A stretch of 64,000 nucleotides of DNA from Promethearchaeota archaeon (GTDB lineage: Archaea > Asgardarchaeota > Lokiarchaeia > Sigyniarchaeales > SOKP01), in the NCBI GenBank assembly GCA_019058445.1, contig JAHPZA010000010.1, forward strand, positions 576,001-640,000, given 5' to 3'. Under the pieces are notes generated by a model. That model worked only from the letters and a program-made list of their open reading frames with translations. It made no database searches and was not told the DNA's origin. Positions 1 through 9,966 of this stretch are shown here, one piece after another. Each line of letters opens with the position of its first letter. The first letter of the stretch is position 1. The translations under genes were made by a program, and so were the position numbers.

Positions 1-906
1 ACCTATCATTGCCCCATTATCTCCGGCAAATTTCAATGGAACTGCAGCAAACTTAGCATTATGTTCATTACTGATATATTCAATCATTTCCTGTAAACGT
101 TTATTGGCAGCAACCCCTCCCGTTAATAAAACTTCTGTTTTTTCCGTATGTGCTAAAGCACGTTCAGTAACTTCAGTTAACATTGCAAAACACGTTTCTT
201 GTACTGAATTAGAAACATCATTTAAGCTATATTTGACTCCAAAATCTTTAGATTCAATCAATTTCTTTGCTGCAGTGTAAAGACCGGAAAAAGACAAATC
301 CATCCCTTTTACTACATAGGGTAAAGAGAGATATTTCGTTGAGGTTAGGGCTAATTTCTCGATCTTAGGGCCTCCTGGATGAGATAACCCCGCATCACGA
401 GCAAAAGAATCGATCATATTTCCAATTGGTAGATCCAAGGTTTCTCCAAAAATTTGATATCTGCTAGATTCAAAAGCGCTAACAATTGTATTCCCTCCAG
501 ACACATATAAAGTGAGGGGATCCTCAACATTACACATCAAACGACCAATTTCAATATGGGCAACACAATGATTTACTCCAACAATCGGAATTTTTAATAT
601 TTGACTAATCATTCGGGCAACTAATGCCCCGATTTTTAGCACAGGTCCTAAACCGGGGCTTTGACTAAAAGCAATTAAATCTATATCCCTAATTGAAAAG
701 TTCGCCTCTGATAATGCCTTTTCAATTACTTCATAAAAATGATTTACATGTTGCTCTTTTACCTGAACAGGATGCAGACCTCCTTTTTCGGGAACGTATA
801 TATCATTAACAATACTATAAACCTTCCCCTCAAAATCAACAATCCCAACTCCAAAAGTATGGGCAGTACTTTCTATTCCAAGGCAGATTTTTTTATTGAA
901 TTTCAT
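1..906 (-). CDS. kae1: KEOPS complex N6-threonylcarbamoyltransferase Kae1/TsaD (3' end runs off the window)
   Basis: Manual translation from ATG at 906: MKFNKKICLGIESTAHTFGVG...PGLGP...VNHCVAHIE...LYVSGGNT...GETLD...GGVAANKRL...GDNGAMIG. Absent from the ORF track because it is truncated. Confidence 0.95.
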   Translation of the reverse strand, partial: MKFNKKICLGIESTAHTFGVGIVDFEGKVYSIVNDIYVPEKGGLHPVQVKEQHVNHFYEVIEKALSEANFSIRDIDLIAFSQSPGLGPVLKIGALVARMISQILKIPIVGVNHCVAHIEIGRLMCNVEDPLTLYVSGGNTIVSAFESSRYQIFGETLDLPIGNMIDSFARDAGLSHPGGPKIEKLALTSTKYLSLPYVVKGMDLSFSGLYTAAKKLIESKDFGVKYSLNDVSNSVQETCFAMLTEVTERALAHTEKTEVLLTGGVAANKRLQEMIEYISNEHNAKFAAVPLKFAGDNGAMIG

Positions 907-1016
907 ATGTTTTCTCAGTTTAGATAAGTAAAGAGGATTTTTATTTTTAGAAGGAGAATGAGATTACTTATAGAGAAATAAAAGAAATATAAATTTACAC
1001 TCGTATTCTTCAGAGC

Positions 1017-1247
1017 CTACATTGATTTAGTGCGCTTTCGGGGTGTTCTCTTTTTAGCACCCCTAGGCCCTGAGGCACCAGCACCTTTCTTTCCCTTTCT
1101 TTTGAATACAGTGTAGCCACATTTTCCACAAGACGATCTATCATAATGGTTTGCAAGAAAATATCCGACACCGCATTTCGGACATGTCCTATGGGTTCTT
1201 ATTAATTTATCTCCCTCAATGGTATAATATTTTGAAGCATCAGTCAT
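1017..1247 (-). CDS. rps27ae: 30S ribosomal protein S27ae (eS31)
   Basis: CPKCG...[17 protein letters not shown] zinc finger; canonical position after rps24e. Confidence 0.95.
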   Translation of the reverse strand: MTDASKYYTIEGDKLIRTHRTCPKCGVGYFLANHYDRSSCGKCGYTVFKRKGKKGAGASGPRGAKKRTPRKRTKSM

Positions 1248-1276
1248 AAAATATCATCAAATATGAATTTATTTTT

Positions 1277-1630
1277 TTATTCATTAAAAAGATGTTTATA
1301 GGCTTCTTTCTTCCTTTTTAAGTTATATATCTCAGTTCGCTTATCTTTAGGTAGATTTCTGACTCTAATGTGGAAGGGCTCAAAAAATTCAAGATCTTTT
1401 TGATTATTATATATATAAACTTTGCCTATATCTTCAGTAGCACCAAAATGGGTCTTGATTTTTTTAATGATGGTAAGATTTTCATCTGAGGTTTTCAACC
1501 CGGCAACTTTCTTTTTAAGATCAAGTCGATTAGGGGTCCCCTTTCCAAAATGATTAATTTTGATTTGTAACTCAAGTCGATCTATCAATGGATTCTTTTT
1601 TTCTTGTAAAATTTCAATATCGAAAGACAT
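1277..1630 (-). CDS. rps24e: 30S ribosomal protein S24e (eS24)
   Basis: KNPLIDRLE...H.GKGTPNR...KTHFG motifs; conserved gene order. Confidence 0.92.
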   Translation of the reverse strand: MSFDIEILQEKKNPLIDRLELQIKINHFGKGTPNRLDLKKKVAGLKTSDENLTIIKKIKTHFGATEDIGKVYIYNNQKDLEFFEPFHIRVRNLPKDKRTEIYNLKRKKEAYKHLFNE

Positions 1631-1716
1631 CGTAAACCTATAAAATTTTAATTACACTTATCTAAATTAAAGGAAGATTCAAAATAAAATTTTGCTTTTT
1701 AGATTCATACTTTAGT

Positions 1717-2313
1717 CTACGATTTTTCCATTAACTCAATGTATTTTTTAACGCCCTGTTGTATAGTCTTATTAACTCTTACCATTACTATTCCTTCTGG
1801 AATCGTATGTTTTGAATCTGTTATTGGAGGTTGCCCATAAAACACAAAATTTTTTATGTTTTTCTCAGGTGAAATTTCTAATACAAGGGGAAGAACTAAG
1901 AGATCCTCTTCACCTTCTGTTATTTTAAGCACCGTTCTTTTGTTAGACAACACAATTTTACGTAATAGGGTCCAACTTTCTTTAGGTATGCTCCCTGTCG
2001 GGCTTTGAAACTCAATAATCTCTTCAAAAAAATCCTCATATTCAAGATTAATGCGATTTCTTTGCGTTTTTTCATCTATAATACACAGTTTAATAAAAGG
2101 CTTTAAGAAAGAGTTTGCCAAGAAATCTTGAGTTACGATATCTCCTACTAAATAAACATTGATTAGAGAGCTTTTTCTTACGAGAGCTTTAAAATAGGTT
2201 TCAATTTCTAATATTGTGTCCTCTCTTTTACCGGCAATTAATTTGCCTAGTGGTTGAGAGAATTCATGTCTCTTGTTCTCTGGAAGGCTTAGATTATCAT
2301 CCATGTTTTCCAA
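1717..2313 (-). CDS. GTP-dependent dephospho-CoA kinase (DUF359 family)
   Basis: PLG, VGDIVT, IIDEKTQR, GEEDLLVLP, YGQP motifs; usual position between spt4 and rps24e. Confidence 0.88.
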   Translation of the reverse strand: MENMDDNLSLPENKRHEFSQPLGKLIAGKREDTILEIETYFKALVRKSSLINVYLVGDIVTQDFLANSFLKPFIKLCIIDEKTQRNRINLEYEDFFEEIIEFQSPTGSIPKESWTLLRKIVLSNKRTVLKITEGEEDLLVLPLVLEISPEKNIKNFVFYGQPPITDSKHTIPEGIVMVRVNKTIQQGVKKYIELMEKS

Positions 2314-2339
2314 TATTAGGATATATCTTTAAAAATAAA

Positions 2340-2531
2340 TTAACGAACTCGTAGTGCATATTTTCCTGGGACTCCAACCTTTAGATATTCTGCAATCTTT
2401 GACATCTGAGGTTTGAGGATAATAACTTCACCGTGGTAATCATCACTTAAAGTATGAGTTTTACACTTGGGGCAGATAGTATCGTTTTTCGTAATAATAT
2501 GGCAGGTTTTACATGCTTTTTCCTTTGTCAC
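2340..2531 (-). CDS. spt4: Transcription elongation factor Spt4 (RpoE2)
   Basis: ACKTCH...CPKC...SKIAE...PGKYALRVR. Confidence 0.95.
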   Translation of the reverse strand: MTKEKACKTCHIITKNDTICPKCKTHTLSDDYHGEVIILKPQMSKIAEYLKVGVPGKYALRVR

Positions 2532-2554
2532 TTAACTCACCTCTGAATTTTAAT

Positions 2555-3154
2555 TTAGCTTTTCTTCTTACTATCCTTTTTTGTGGTATCATCATCTTCA
2601 TCAGCTGATAAATCATCTTCAAGATCTTGTTCAATCCAATCATATTTTCCCAAAAATTTCTGCCTCATTGTCAATCCAAGCTTACCGCTACGACCAGTTC
2701 CTAATGACACAGCTATTACTCTTGCTCTTACAAGATCATTTACCTCGAGAATTTTTCCTGTCTCTTTTCCAATAAACCTATTCCCTACAGCCTCATAGGC
2801 AATATAGTCATCACAAATCTGAGAAACGTGAACCAATCCATCCAGTGGACCAAGACGGATGAATGCGCCGAAATCAACTATTTCCACAATATCACCCTCT
2901 ATCACTTCAGAAATTGACGGTTTGAAAGCAAGAATTGTAAATTCACAATTATGGAATGTATTGGCATTCCCAGGAATGATCACACCAGGTCCAACGTCAA
3001 GAACATCAACCACAGCTATGATAAATCCATATTCCTTAGTGATAATCCCCTCATAATCTTCAGCTAATATTATCCTAGCGCTTACGGTCTTAGGCTGATC
3101 AAATAAGAAAGGCGGGATTTCAATACGTCCTTCGATGGTTATCAGCTTAAACAT
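2555..3154 (-). CDS. rpoE1: DNA-directed RNA polymerase subunit E' (Rpo7)
   Basis: IPP..F, EVIEG.IVEIVDFGAFIRLGPLDGLVHVSQI (S1 domain), LTMRQKFLGK. Confidence 0.96.
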   Translation of the reverse strand: MFKLITIEGRIEIPPFLFDQPKTVSARIILAEDYEGIITKEYGFIIAVVDVLDVGPGVIIPGNANTFHNCEFTILAFKPSISEVIEGDIVEIVDFGAFIRLGPLDGLVHVSQICDDYIAYEAVGNRFIGKETGKILEVNDLVRARVIAVSLGTGRSGKLGLTMRQKFLGKYDWIEQDLEDDLSADEDDDTTKKDSKKKS

Positions 3155-3309
3155 TTTATATCAGTTCCTTGTTCTGAGCGTTTTACTCAAAATTTACTTA
3201 TTTAATTTAAATCTAATAGAATTTAAAATTTAGATATAGTTGAAAATGCATAATAGAATTAATATTTTGTGGTTTTTCTAATTACTTTAAGTCAAAAAGG
3301 GAGGATAAC

Positions 3310-3678
3310 TTAAATTAATTTTGCTATTTTTTCACAAGTCCTTTTACAATCTAAGAATATCAGACCGAGTCTCACATCCTTTGTAGTTGAAACTGTTAAA
3401 ACTGCATTTTGACCTGCTGATAAAACAAGTAAATACCCATTAGATCCTCTTACATATACTTGTTCAAATTCTCCTTTACTCATCTCGAGTGCAGCCCTTT
3501 CTGCTAAACTTAGAAGCGCAGCAGTCATGGCAGCTATTCTGGTTTCATCAACATCTTGGGGTAATGCTGAAGCAATGGGTAAGCCTTCCACAGATACAAT
3601 TGCGGCAGCTTTTACTTCTGGAATTGCAGCTAATAATTTTTTAAGAATAGTATCTAAAGACTCGGGAGTTGACTCCAT
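3310..3678 (-). CDS. Roadblock/LC7 domain protein
   Basis: AAAIVSVEGLPIASALP...IAAMTAALLSLAERA...LGLIFLD signature. Confidence 0.92.
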   Translation of the reverse strand: MESTPESLDTILKKLLAAIPEVKAAAIVSVEGLPIASALPQDVDETRIAAMTAALLSLAERAALEMSKGEFEQVYVRGSNGYLLVLSAGQNAVLTVSTTKDVRLGLIFLDCKRTCEKIAKLI

Positions 3679-3857
3679 AGTAAGGTCTTACTCACAAATT
3701 AATTTGGGATAGTAAATATATTTTTTTATTGTTTATAATACTTTTAATTTTTTACCTTTTATTTAATTAATTCTAAAATTAATCATATTTAATTTTTTAG
3801 CTTTTTTATTTTAAAGTTTTTATTGATGATTTAACAATAATCATAATCTAATCATAG

Positions 3858-4976
3858 CTACTTTTTATGTTTATTTTTATGGGGTTTCATCATTTCTTCG
3901 CCAGTAGTATCTGGTAAATCTTCTACAGCTTCAATATCAACTTCTGCTTTCTTATATGATATCGAGGGTTTTGATTCATCAAAAGGTGCATTACACACCC
4001 AACAAGCATTTTCTAAGTTTGTTAACGCCTCCACACATTTTTTACAATAGCGTACATCACATTTAGAACAAGTAAATATATTAAACCTAGTTAATTTTCC
4101 TTTACAAACAATGCAAATTCTCTGTTCGCGAAATAGTAATATTTCTTCGGGGCTAATTTCCAATGGCCTAGATTTGGATAACGTCTCAATAAATGAAATT
4201 CGAGCATCCATATCCCTAAGTTTCACTCTTTGTTCTCTTTTAAATTTAATTTCTTCTCTTTCTGATACTTCTTCTTCTTTTAATCCGATATACCATAACC
4301 AAAAACAGATAATTAAGGTAAATCGAATTATAACCAATGCAATGTGCAAAGAAATATACGTTTCTAAAACAAAACAGGTAACATAAGTGAGGTATCCTAT
4401 TGATAGTAATAAGAATTTTCTCCGGATCATTCCAGTTGATTGAATACTTTTGAATAAATATCCAAGACCATTGAAAATTAACAATGAGAAAAGAAAAATA
4501 ATTGATATTAAAAATAGTGGGGTTCCATAATTCACTTGGGTATCGATTACATCTTCACCAGGTTTATCGGGATAAGTAAAAGTAAAAGAACTCATGGGGC
4601 CTAAGAAGAGGAGTATTTCCCATAAAACTCCTAAAACTATAAACACCGAAACGAGATACCATTTTTTTTTGGGGATCAAAAGTTCTGCTCCTACATATAG
4701 TCCAAAGATGGTAGCTGGAGCCGCACTAAAACCACTTAATTTCCCAACTAAAGCATAACGATTATCTAAATTTCTGCCAGTTAGAATAATACTTAAGAAA
4801 TCACAACATGGTCCCAAAATAAGAAGTCCTGCAAAAAATATCGTTAATCCCATGTGTGTTAGGAGCGGAGCTTTCAATTTTCGAGATCTATAAACAATTA
4901 TTAGTCCAAAAGAACAACCAAAAATCGTATATCCTAAAGCACTCATGCCATTTAGCCAACCTGAAAAAGACAACAA
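3858..4976 (-). CDS. Multi-pass membrane protein with C-terminal RING-like Cys8 zinc finger
   Basis: About 7 hydrophobic segments, then CIVC-x11-CSKC-x4-CKKC-x10-CWVC. Confidence 0.7.
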   Translation of the reverse strand: MLSFSGWLNGMSALGYTIFGCSFGLIIVYRSRKLKAPLLTHMGLTIFFAGLLILGPCCDFLSIILTGRNLDNRYALVGKLSGFSAAPATIFGLYVGAELLIPKKKWYLVSVFIVLGVLWEILLFLGPMSSFTFTYPDKPGEDVIDTQVNYGTPLFLISIIFLFSLLIFNGLGYLFKSIQSTGMIRRKFLLLSIGYLTYVTCFVLETYISLHIALVIIRFTLIICFWLWYIGLKEEEVSEREEIKFKREQRVKLRDMDARISFIETLSKSRPLEISPEEILLFREQRICIVCKGKLTRFNIFTCSKCDVRYCKKCVEALTNLENACWVCNAPFDESKPSISYKKAEVDIEAVEDLPDTTGEEMMKPHKNKHKK

Positions 4977-5258
4977 TTAAAATTCACGTCTAATTGGATA
5001 AATTTGTAAAATTTCGCCTTAATGAATTATAGTACTAAATATATTTTATAATTATGATCAAGACAATTTTAGTTAATTAATACATAATTCCTACATATAA
5101 ATGTATTTAGTGATCTTTTAAAAGACTTAAATTCTATAACATGTCATTAATACCTAACCAATGAGTAGTTATTTGATAAAATTTAATATTTATCGATATT
5201 TTTCAAAAGAAATAAAATAACTATAGATTCGGTAATAACAATCACATATTTCGAGTTT

Positions 5259-6395
5259 TTGATTTTTTTTTATGATTTGATTTTTACACTTTTTTTCTTT
5301 ATCCTAGCTTTTTGTATGTTTTTTATAGGATTCAAAGGTCATAAGGTCCAAAATCATTATGGTGGTATATCTACAATTATTTGTGGAATCTTACTTATTT
5401 TGATGGGATTATATCATCATTTTTTTGGATTATTTTTATATCCCTACATTGGCTTTACTGTATGGTGGATTGGAATAATACTTAGCCTCAATTTAATTTT
5501 TGGATTCATTGTTAGAGGGGAATTAAAAAAAATGGAGGTTAAAAATCAAAAAGAAGATAATGGAGAAACCCAAGCTACTCGAAAAACATCGTTACAGAAA
5601 TTTATTGTAATGATGACTCAGGAAAATCCCTATCAAGATAATATTTCTCTTAAAATGGAAGCTGTTAGAAAAAGCTTTCATTTATGGGGTATTTTATTTA
5701 TACTCGCTTATTTTGGATTCTTTTTTATACTCCCATTAGCTGATATGACTAATCGAAATGTAATTGATTTTATTAAAGAAACTGAATGGCTCTATAACAT
5801 AATATGGGGAGATATAGATCAATATCCTTATACAAAAAAAGATTTTCAAGCAGTTATTGATATTACTATGTGGGCTTTAGTGAGTGCCTTATTTTTCACT
5901 ATTATTCCAGACATAATTCGAGTGGTATGGGGGCCAGAATATTCATTTTTAAATTTTGTAACAAAGCCAGTTCTAAGAAATAAAGAACATAATTCAATTG
6001 GTCCTCAGATCTTTTTACTTATAGGAGTTTCATTTTCATATATGCTCTATATCATGGGACTCGTCAATGTCTTAGTGGTATTTACCGGAATATTAATTGC
6101 CTGTTTTTCAGATGCATTAGCAGCAATAGCGGGGAGGTTTTATGGAAATCATAAGGTGAAATGTATTGGCGGGGATATCAAATCGGTTGAAGGTTTTATA
6201 GCAGGCACTTTTAGTGCTTTTTTAATTGGCTTGATTTTAGTGGGTCCTATCTATGCTCTATTAGCAGCCCTTATTTTTTTCTTATTGGATTTCTTTCCTA
6301 CTTATATTGCAGATAATATTTTAAATCCTATTATAATAGTGTTGGCCATTCATTTTGGGATTTTATTATTGGGAATTCCTATTGGATGGCACTAA
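5259..6395 (+). CDS. Dolichol/phytol kinase-like membrane protein (CTP transferase family)
   Basis: RKSFH, SDALAAIAGRFYG, KSVEG, DN motifs. Confidence 0.8.
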   Translation: MIFFYDLIFTLFFFILAFCMFFIGFKGHKVQNHYGGISTIICGILLILMGLYHHFFGLFLYPYIGFTVWWIGIILSLNLIFGFIVRGELKKMEVKNQKEDNGETQATRKTSLQKFIVMMTQENPYQDNISLKMEAVRKSFHLWGILFILAYFGFFFILPLADMTNRNVIDFIKETEWLYNIIWGDIDQYPYTKKDFQAVIDITMWALVSALFFTIIPDIIRVVWGPEYSFLNFVTKPVLRNKEHNSIGPQIFLLIGVSFSYMLYIMGLVNVLVVFTGILIACFSDALAAIAGRFYGNHKVKCIGGDIKSVEGFIAGTFSAFLIGLILVGPIYALLAALIFFLLDFFPTYIADNILNPIIIVLAIHFGILLLGIPIGWH

Positions 6396-6461
6396 ATCAC
6401 TATTAAAATATAACTTAAGATAATACAAAAAGATATATATTATATCTTCAAAAGTTGTATT

Positions 6462-7589
6462 ATGGCGAATAATAATTCTGATCAATCACCTACAATCCCT
6501 CCAGAACTCTTGTGGATGGAAAATTGGTGGGCAAATGATCACAAGATGCAGAGGTTTCCAATTCCCTATCCCAAAAAGGAAGTATTTCGATGGTTTATTA
6601 ATCATATATTTGGTCCCTCAAAAAGACGTAAAAAAAAATATAGTTTCATACCATATAAATCCACTTTAAATGAAATATCGACAGTCAATTATAGGATTGG
6701 TTTTGTGGGTGATATTATGAAAATGTTTCAATATGACCTTATATTCGACCAACCGGTAATAGATTTTTTTAAACCAGTTGATTTACTTGTAGGAAATTTA
6801 GAAGGAATAATAACATTACAACCAGGATTCATTGCTGCCCAAAGACATAACAAAGAAATAATTCAACAATTAGAAACGGTAAAACCCGCTAATAAATGGC
6901 TTTTATGCTTGAGTAATAATCATAGTGGTGATTTTGGTCTTGCAGATTTTGTATTACATTTAGATCGATTGCGACTTAACGGTTTTAATGTATTTGGACG
7001 AAAAGATAAGCCAAATTATATCCATGAAAATAGATTAAATTTTGTCTCTGGAACGATGTGGACAAATCAGAATGGTTGTAAATATGTTGCTTGTTTTGAA
7101 GAGATAGAAGACCACTATCTTAACAATCCTGGTGTGTTTAACATTTTATATCCACATTGGTATTATGAATATGAGCTATATCCTCGAATAAAAATTAAAA
7201 ATGGAGCAGAAAAGCTCCTTGAAACATGGGATTTAATTTGTGGACACCATCCTCATGTGGTACAGCCCATAACAAAAGTAAAGAAAGCAAATATCAATAA
7301 GTTATTGGCGTATTCGGCTGGTAATTTTGCTGCGGGTCTTGAAGTGAATGCCCATAAATATGGGTTGATAATGAAATGTGAAATTGGACCATTACAATCA
7401 GATTCTTCAAAATTAGCTGTTGGAAAAGTTGAGTGGAAGTTTACTTTTAATGATAATGATATTGATGAAAATAAAGAAAAATATGTAAAGTTCAAAAAAA
7501 ACATGCCTAAACCTGAAGAAGGCCCCGTTATGTTAGTGAAGATTGTAGAGGAAAATGAATTTTTTCCACATATAAATTTTATGGATTAA
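6462..7589 (+). CDS. CapA/PGA_cap family metallophosphatase-fold protein
   Basis: VGDIM, GNLEG, NNHSGDFG, HW..E, GHHPHVVQP, YSAGNF. Confidence 0.85.
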   Translation: MANNNSDQSPTIPPELLWMENWWANDHKMQRFPIPYPKKEVFRWFINHIFGPSKRRKKKYSFIPYKSTLNEISTVNYRIGFVGDIMKMFQYDLIFDQPVIDFFKPVDLLVGNLEGIITLQPGFIAAQRHNKEIIQQLETVKPANKWLLCLSNNHSGDFGLADFVLHLDRLRLNGFNVFGRKDKPNYIHENRLNFVSGTMWTNQNGCKYVACFEEIEDHYLNNPGVFNILYPHWYYEYELYPRIKIKNGAEKLLETWDLICGHHPHVVQPITKVKKANINKLLAYSAGNFAAGLEVNAHKYGLIMKCEIGPLQSDSSKLAVGKVEWKFTFNDNDIDENKEKYVKFKKNMPKPEEGPVMLVKIVEENEFFPHINFMD

Positions 7590-7678
7590 ATCATCCTTTA
7601 TTTTATTTCTTATTTAACATTTTAGCGCATCCTTGAAAACTAAAGCAATAAAAACCATTCTTTATTACTTTATACAAG

Positions 7679-8527
7679 ATGAGAGAATTAATCGATGAAT
7701 TAAAGAATATTAAACTAGCAATTTTTGATTTAGATGGAGTAATTTATCGTGGTCAAAGTTTAATTCCAAATGTTGATTTGATTTTAGAAGAGCTGAGAGA
7801 TTTATCGATTAAAGTAGTATTTAATTCCAACAATTCTACCATTACACGTGAAATGTACGTAGAAAGATTGAAAAACTTCAATATCCCCAGTAAATATTCA
7901 GACTTTTACACGAGTGCTTCTATTACTTCATCAGAAATTACGAAAATAAAAAAGAATGCCAATATTTTCGTGATTGGTGAAATTGGTTTAAGAGAAGAAT
8001 TGAAATCAGAAGGGCACACGATATTGACTAATCCTTCCAACTGTGATGACGTTGATTTTGTAATTGTAGGACTTGATAGAGATTTTAAATATGATAATTT
8101 AGCTATTGCTCAAAGGTGTATTTTAGAGGGAAACGCCCGATTTTATGCGACGAATACAGACCCAACTTTACCTGTTGCAAGAGGCTTCTTACCAGGCGCG
8201 GGAGTCATGGTCAATGCTTTAGAGACTTGCACTTCAAAAAAACCAATTAAAATCTTTGGAAAACCCCACCCTCATGGTATAAACATGATATTAAATGATT
8301 TAAACATTCCCGCTAAGCAAGCATGTATTTTTGGTGATAGATTAAACACCGACATTTTGGCTGGTAATCGTGCGGGAATATTTACTGTTGCGGTTTTAAC
8401 TGGAGTCACTTCAAAAGAGTATATTGAAGAGTCAAAGAAAAAAGCTAATAATTTGGATTGCAATGATAATGATTTAATACCAGACTTAGTCCTTAATTCC
8501 CTAGATGAAATTTTCAAAGAAAATTGA
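7679..8527 (+). CDS. HAD subfamily IIA hydrolase (NagD-like)
   Basis: FDLDGVIY, SNNS, TNTD, GKP, GDRLNTDI, VLTG. Confidence 0.92.
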   Translation: MRELIDELKNIKLAIFDLDGVIYRGQSLIPNVDLILEELRDLSIKVVFNSNNSTITREMYVERLKNFNIPSKYSDFYTSASITSSEITKIKKNANIFVIGEIGLREELKSEGHTILTNPSNCDDVDFVIVGLDRDFKYDNLAIAQRCILEGNARFYATNTDPTLPVARGFLPGAGVMVNALETCTSKKPIKIFGKPHPHGINMILNDLNIPAKQACIFGDRLNTDILAGNRAGIFTVAVLTGVTSKEYIEESKKKANNLDCNDNDLIPDLVLNSLDEIFKEN

Positions 8528-8615
8528 TAAAGGAAATTTCGGGGATAATCTTATCTTATTCTATTATTCTTACTATAAATTACGACATACTTAGATATTT
8601 TAACCTTGCTGTTAA

Positions 8616-9827
8616 TTAACTATTGGACAAATCTACCAGAAATTTATCAATATCATTAATTTCGAATGAATCTAATATCTCAGGATTGATTTTATAAAGG
8701 TGTTGAAGAATTTTTTTTAATTTTGAATTGTCAAGTCCATGATAATGTGTGTTATAGAACCCATTGCAAATAGCAATAAAGTTCTTTTTATTTATAATAT
8801 CAAAACCTTTACCAATTATACTTGCTAAAAGTTTAGAAATTTCGATATAAGAGAAATTTATTGAAATTAGTGATGATAATATACTGTAATCAAATCTCCC
8901 ATTTGAAAATTCATTACGTAAGAGGAATCCTAATCTTTTTAGGTTAATGATTGAATTATCTATTAAATACTTAAATGCTTCAGCTAATACTGGCTTAGCA
9001 TTATTCTTTATAATTAAATTAATTATATGAAAAATGGATTTACTTTCATATAAGTAGTTTGAAATAATAATTGATAACCCAGTAGCCTGATCACTTATGT
9101 AAGTTGGATCAGTTAGGAATTTTAAATCAGGGTATTTTAAATTTAAAATTTTTTCATAAATAATTTTTCCAACATTAGAAGAAGAAAGTGCTCTATTAGT
9201 ACCAATCATTATCTCTGAGATTTGTTTAATATTTAAATTTAAAGCAGAACTTATGGACTGAATCAGTTCTATAACCACGGTAACTTTTAGTATATTGAAT
9301 TCTATTAATATTCCTAAAAATCTTCCAACTCTCACGTAACTGGCATAACTATGCAATATAATTTTTTGCAATATATTCTCTATGTCTTGCATACCAATGA
9401 GAGCGTTTTCTAAAAGATAATCAATAACTCCAGAAAGTTGATAACTCATATCTCCCTCATGATCAAGTTGAAGAAAACCACCAATTATTTTTTCTATCTC
9501 AAATTTCCTTTCCTTCAATTTAGATAACGATAAAGCTGGCAAAATCACATAATTTCTTTCGTATTCTTCACTCCCGTAATGTTCAAGAGCTCTTAAACCA
9601 AAGACTTCCATAAAAAAAATAGAGATTAATCGTGAATTAAGATCATGAAATTCCTGTGTGATGAAGGAAGAGAAACATTCGACAAAAGCTTCAATTTCGT
9701 ATTGCGATGAGATTTTTTGAAAAAAGTTTATTACCATTTCTAATTTTTCTTCAATAGACTGATTTAAATCTAATATTTCGTTTAATTCATTATCATCCTC
9801 ATTGCTGAGAAAATCCTTCCATACCAT
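8616..9827 (-). CDS. Hypothetical helical protein
   Basis: 403-aa open frame, no motif recognised. Confidence 0.6.
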   Translation of the reverse strand: MVWKDFLSNEDDNELNEILDLNQSIEEKLEMVINFFQKISSQYEIEAFVECFSSFITQEFHDLNSRLISIFFMEVFGLRALEHYGSEEYERNYVILPALSLSKLKERKFEIEKIIGGFLQLDHEGDMSYQLSGVIDYLLENALIGMQDIENILQKIILHSYASYVRVGRFLGILIEFNILKVTVVIELIQSISSALNLNIKQISEIMIGTNRALSSSNVGKIIYEKILNLKYPDLKFLTDPTYISDQATGLSIIISNYLYESKSIFHIINLIIKNNAKPVLAEAFKYLIDNSIINLKRLGFLLRNEFSNGRFDYSILSSLISINFSYIEISKLLASIIGKGFDIINKKNFIAICNGFYNTHYHGLDNSKLKKILQHLYKINPEILDSFEINDIDKFLVDLSNS

Positions 9828-9966
9828 AAGCTCGAATTTTTTTGTTATTAATTACAAAAATTCTCAATTACTTAATTAAAAGCTAATAAATTTTAATATT
9901 TTCAACATTATATATGTAAGTGTTAAGACATTTATAGTTAAAAATATACTAAGACTTCAAAGAAAA

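Noticed and set aside
739-927. Short ORF-track entries antisense to or nested in real genes (e.g. 739-927, 2581-3056, 51629-51967, 63131-63961)
   Set aside because: They are shadow ORFs overlapping well-supported genes such as kae1, rpoE1, the GTPases and the 62625 ORF.
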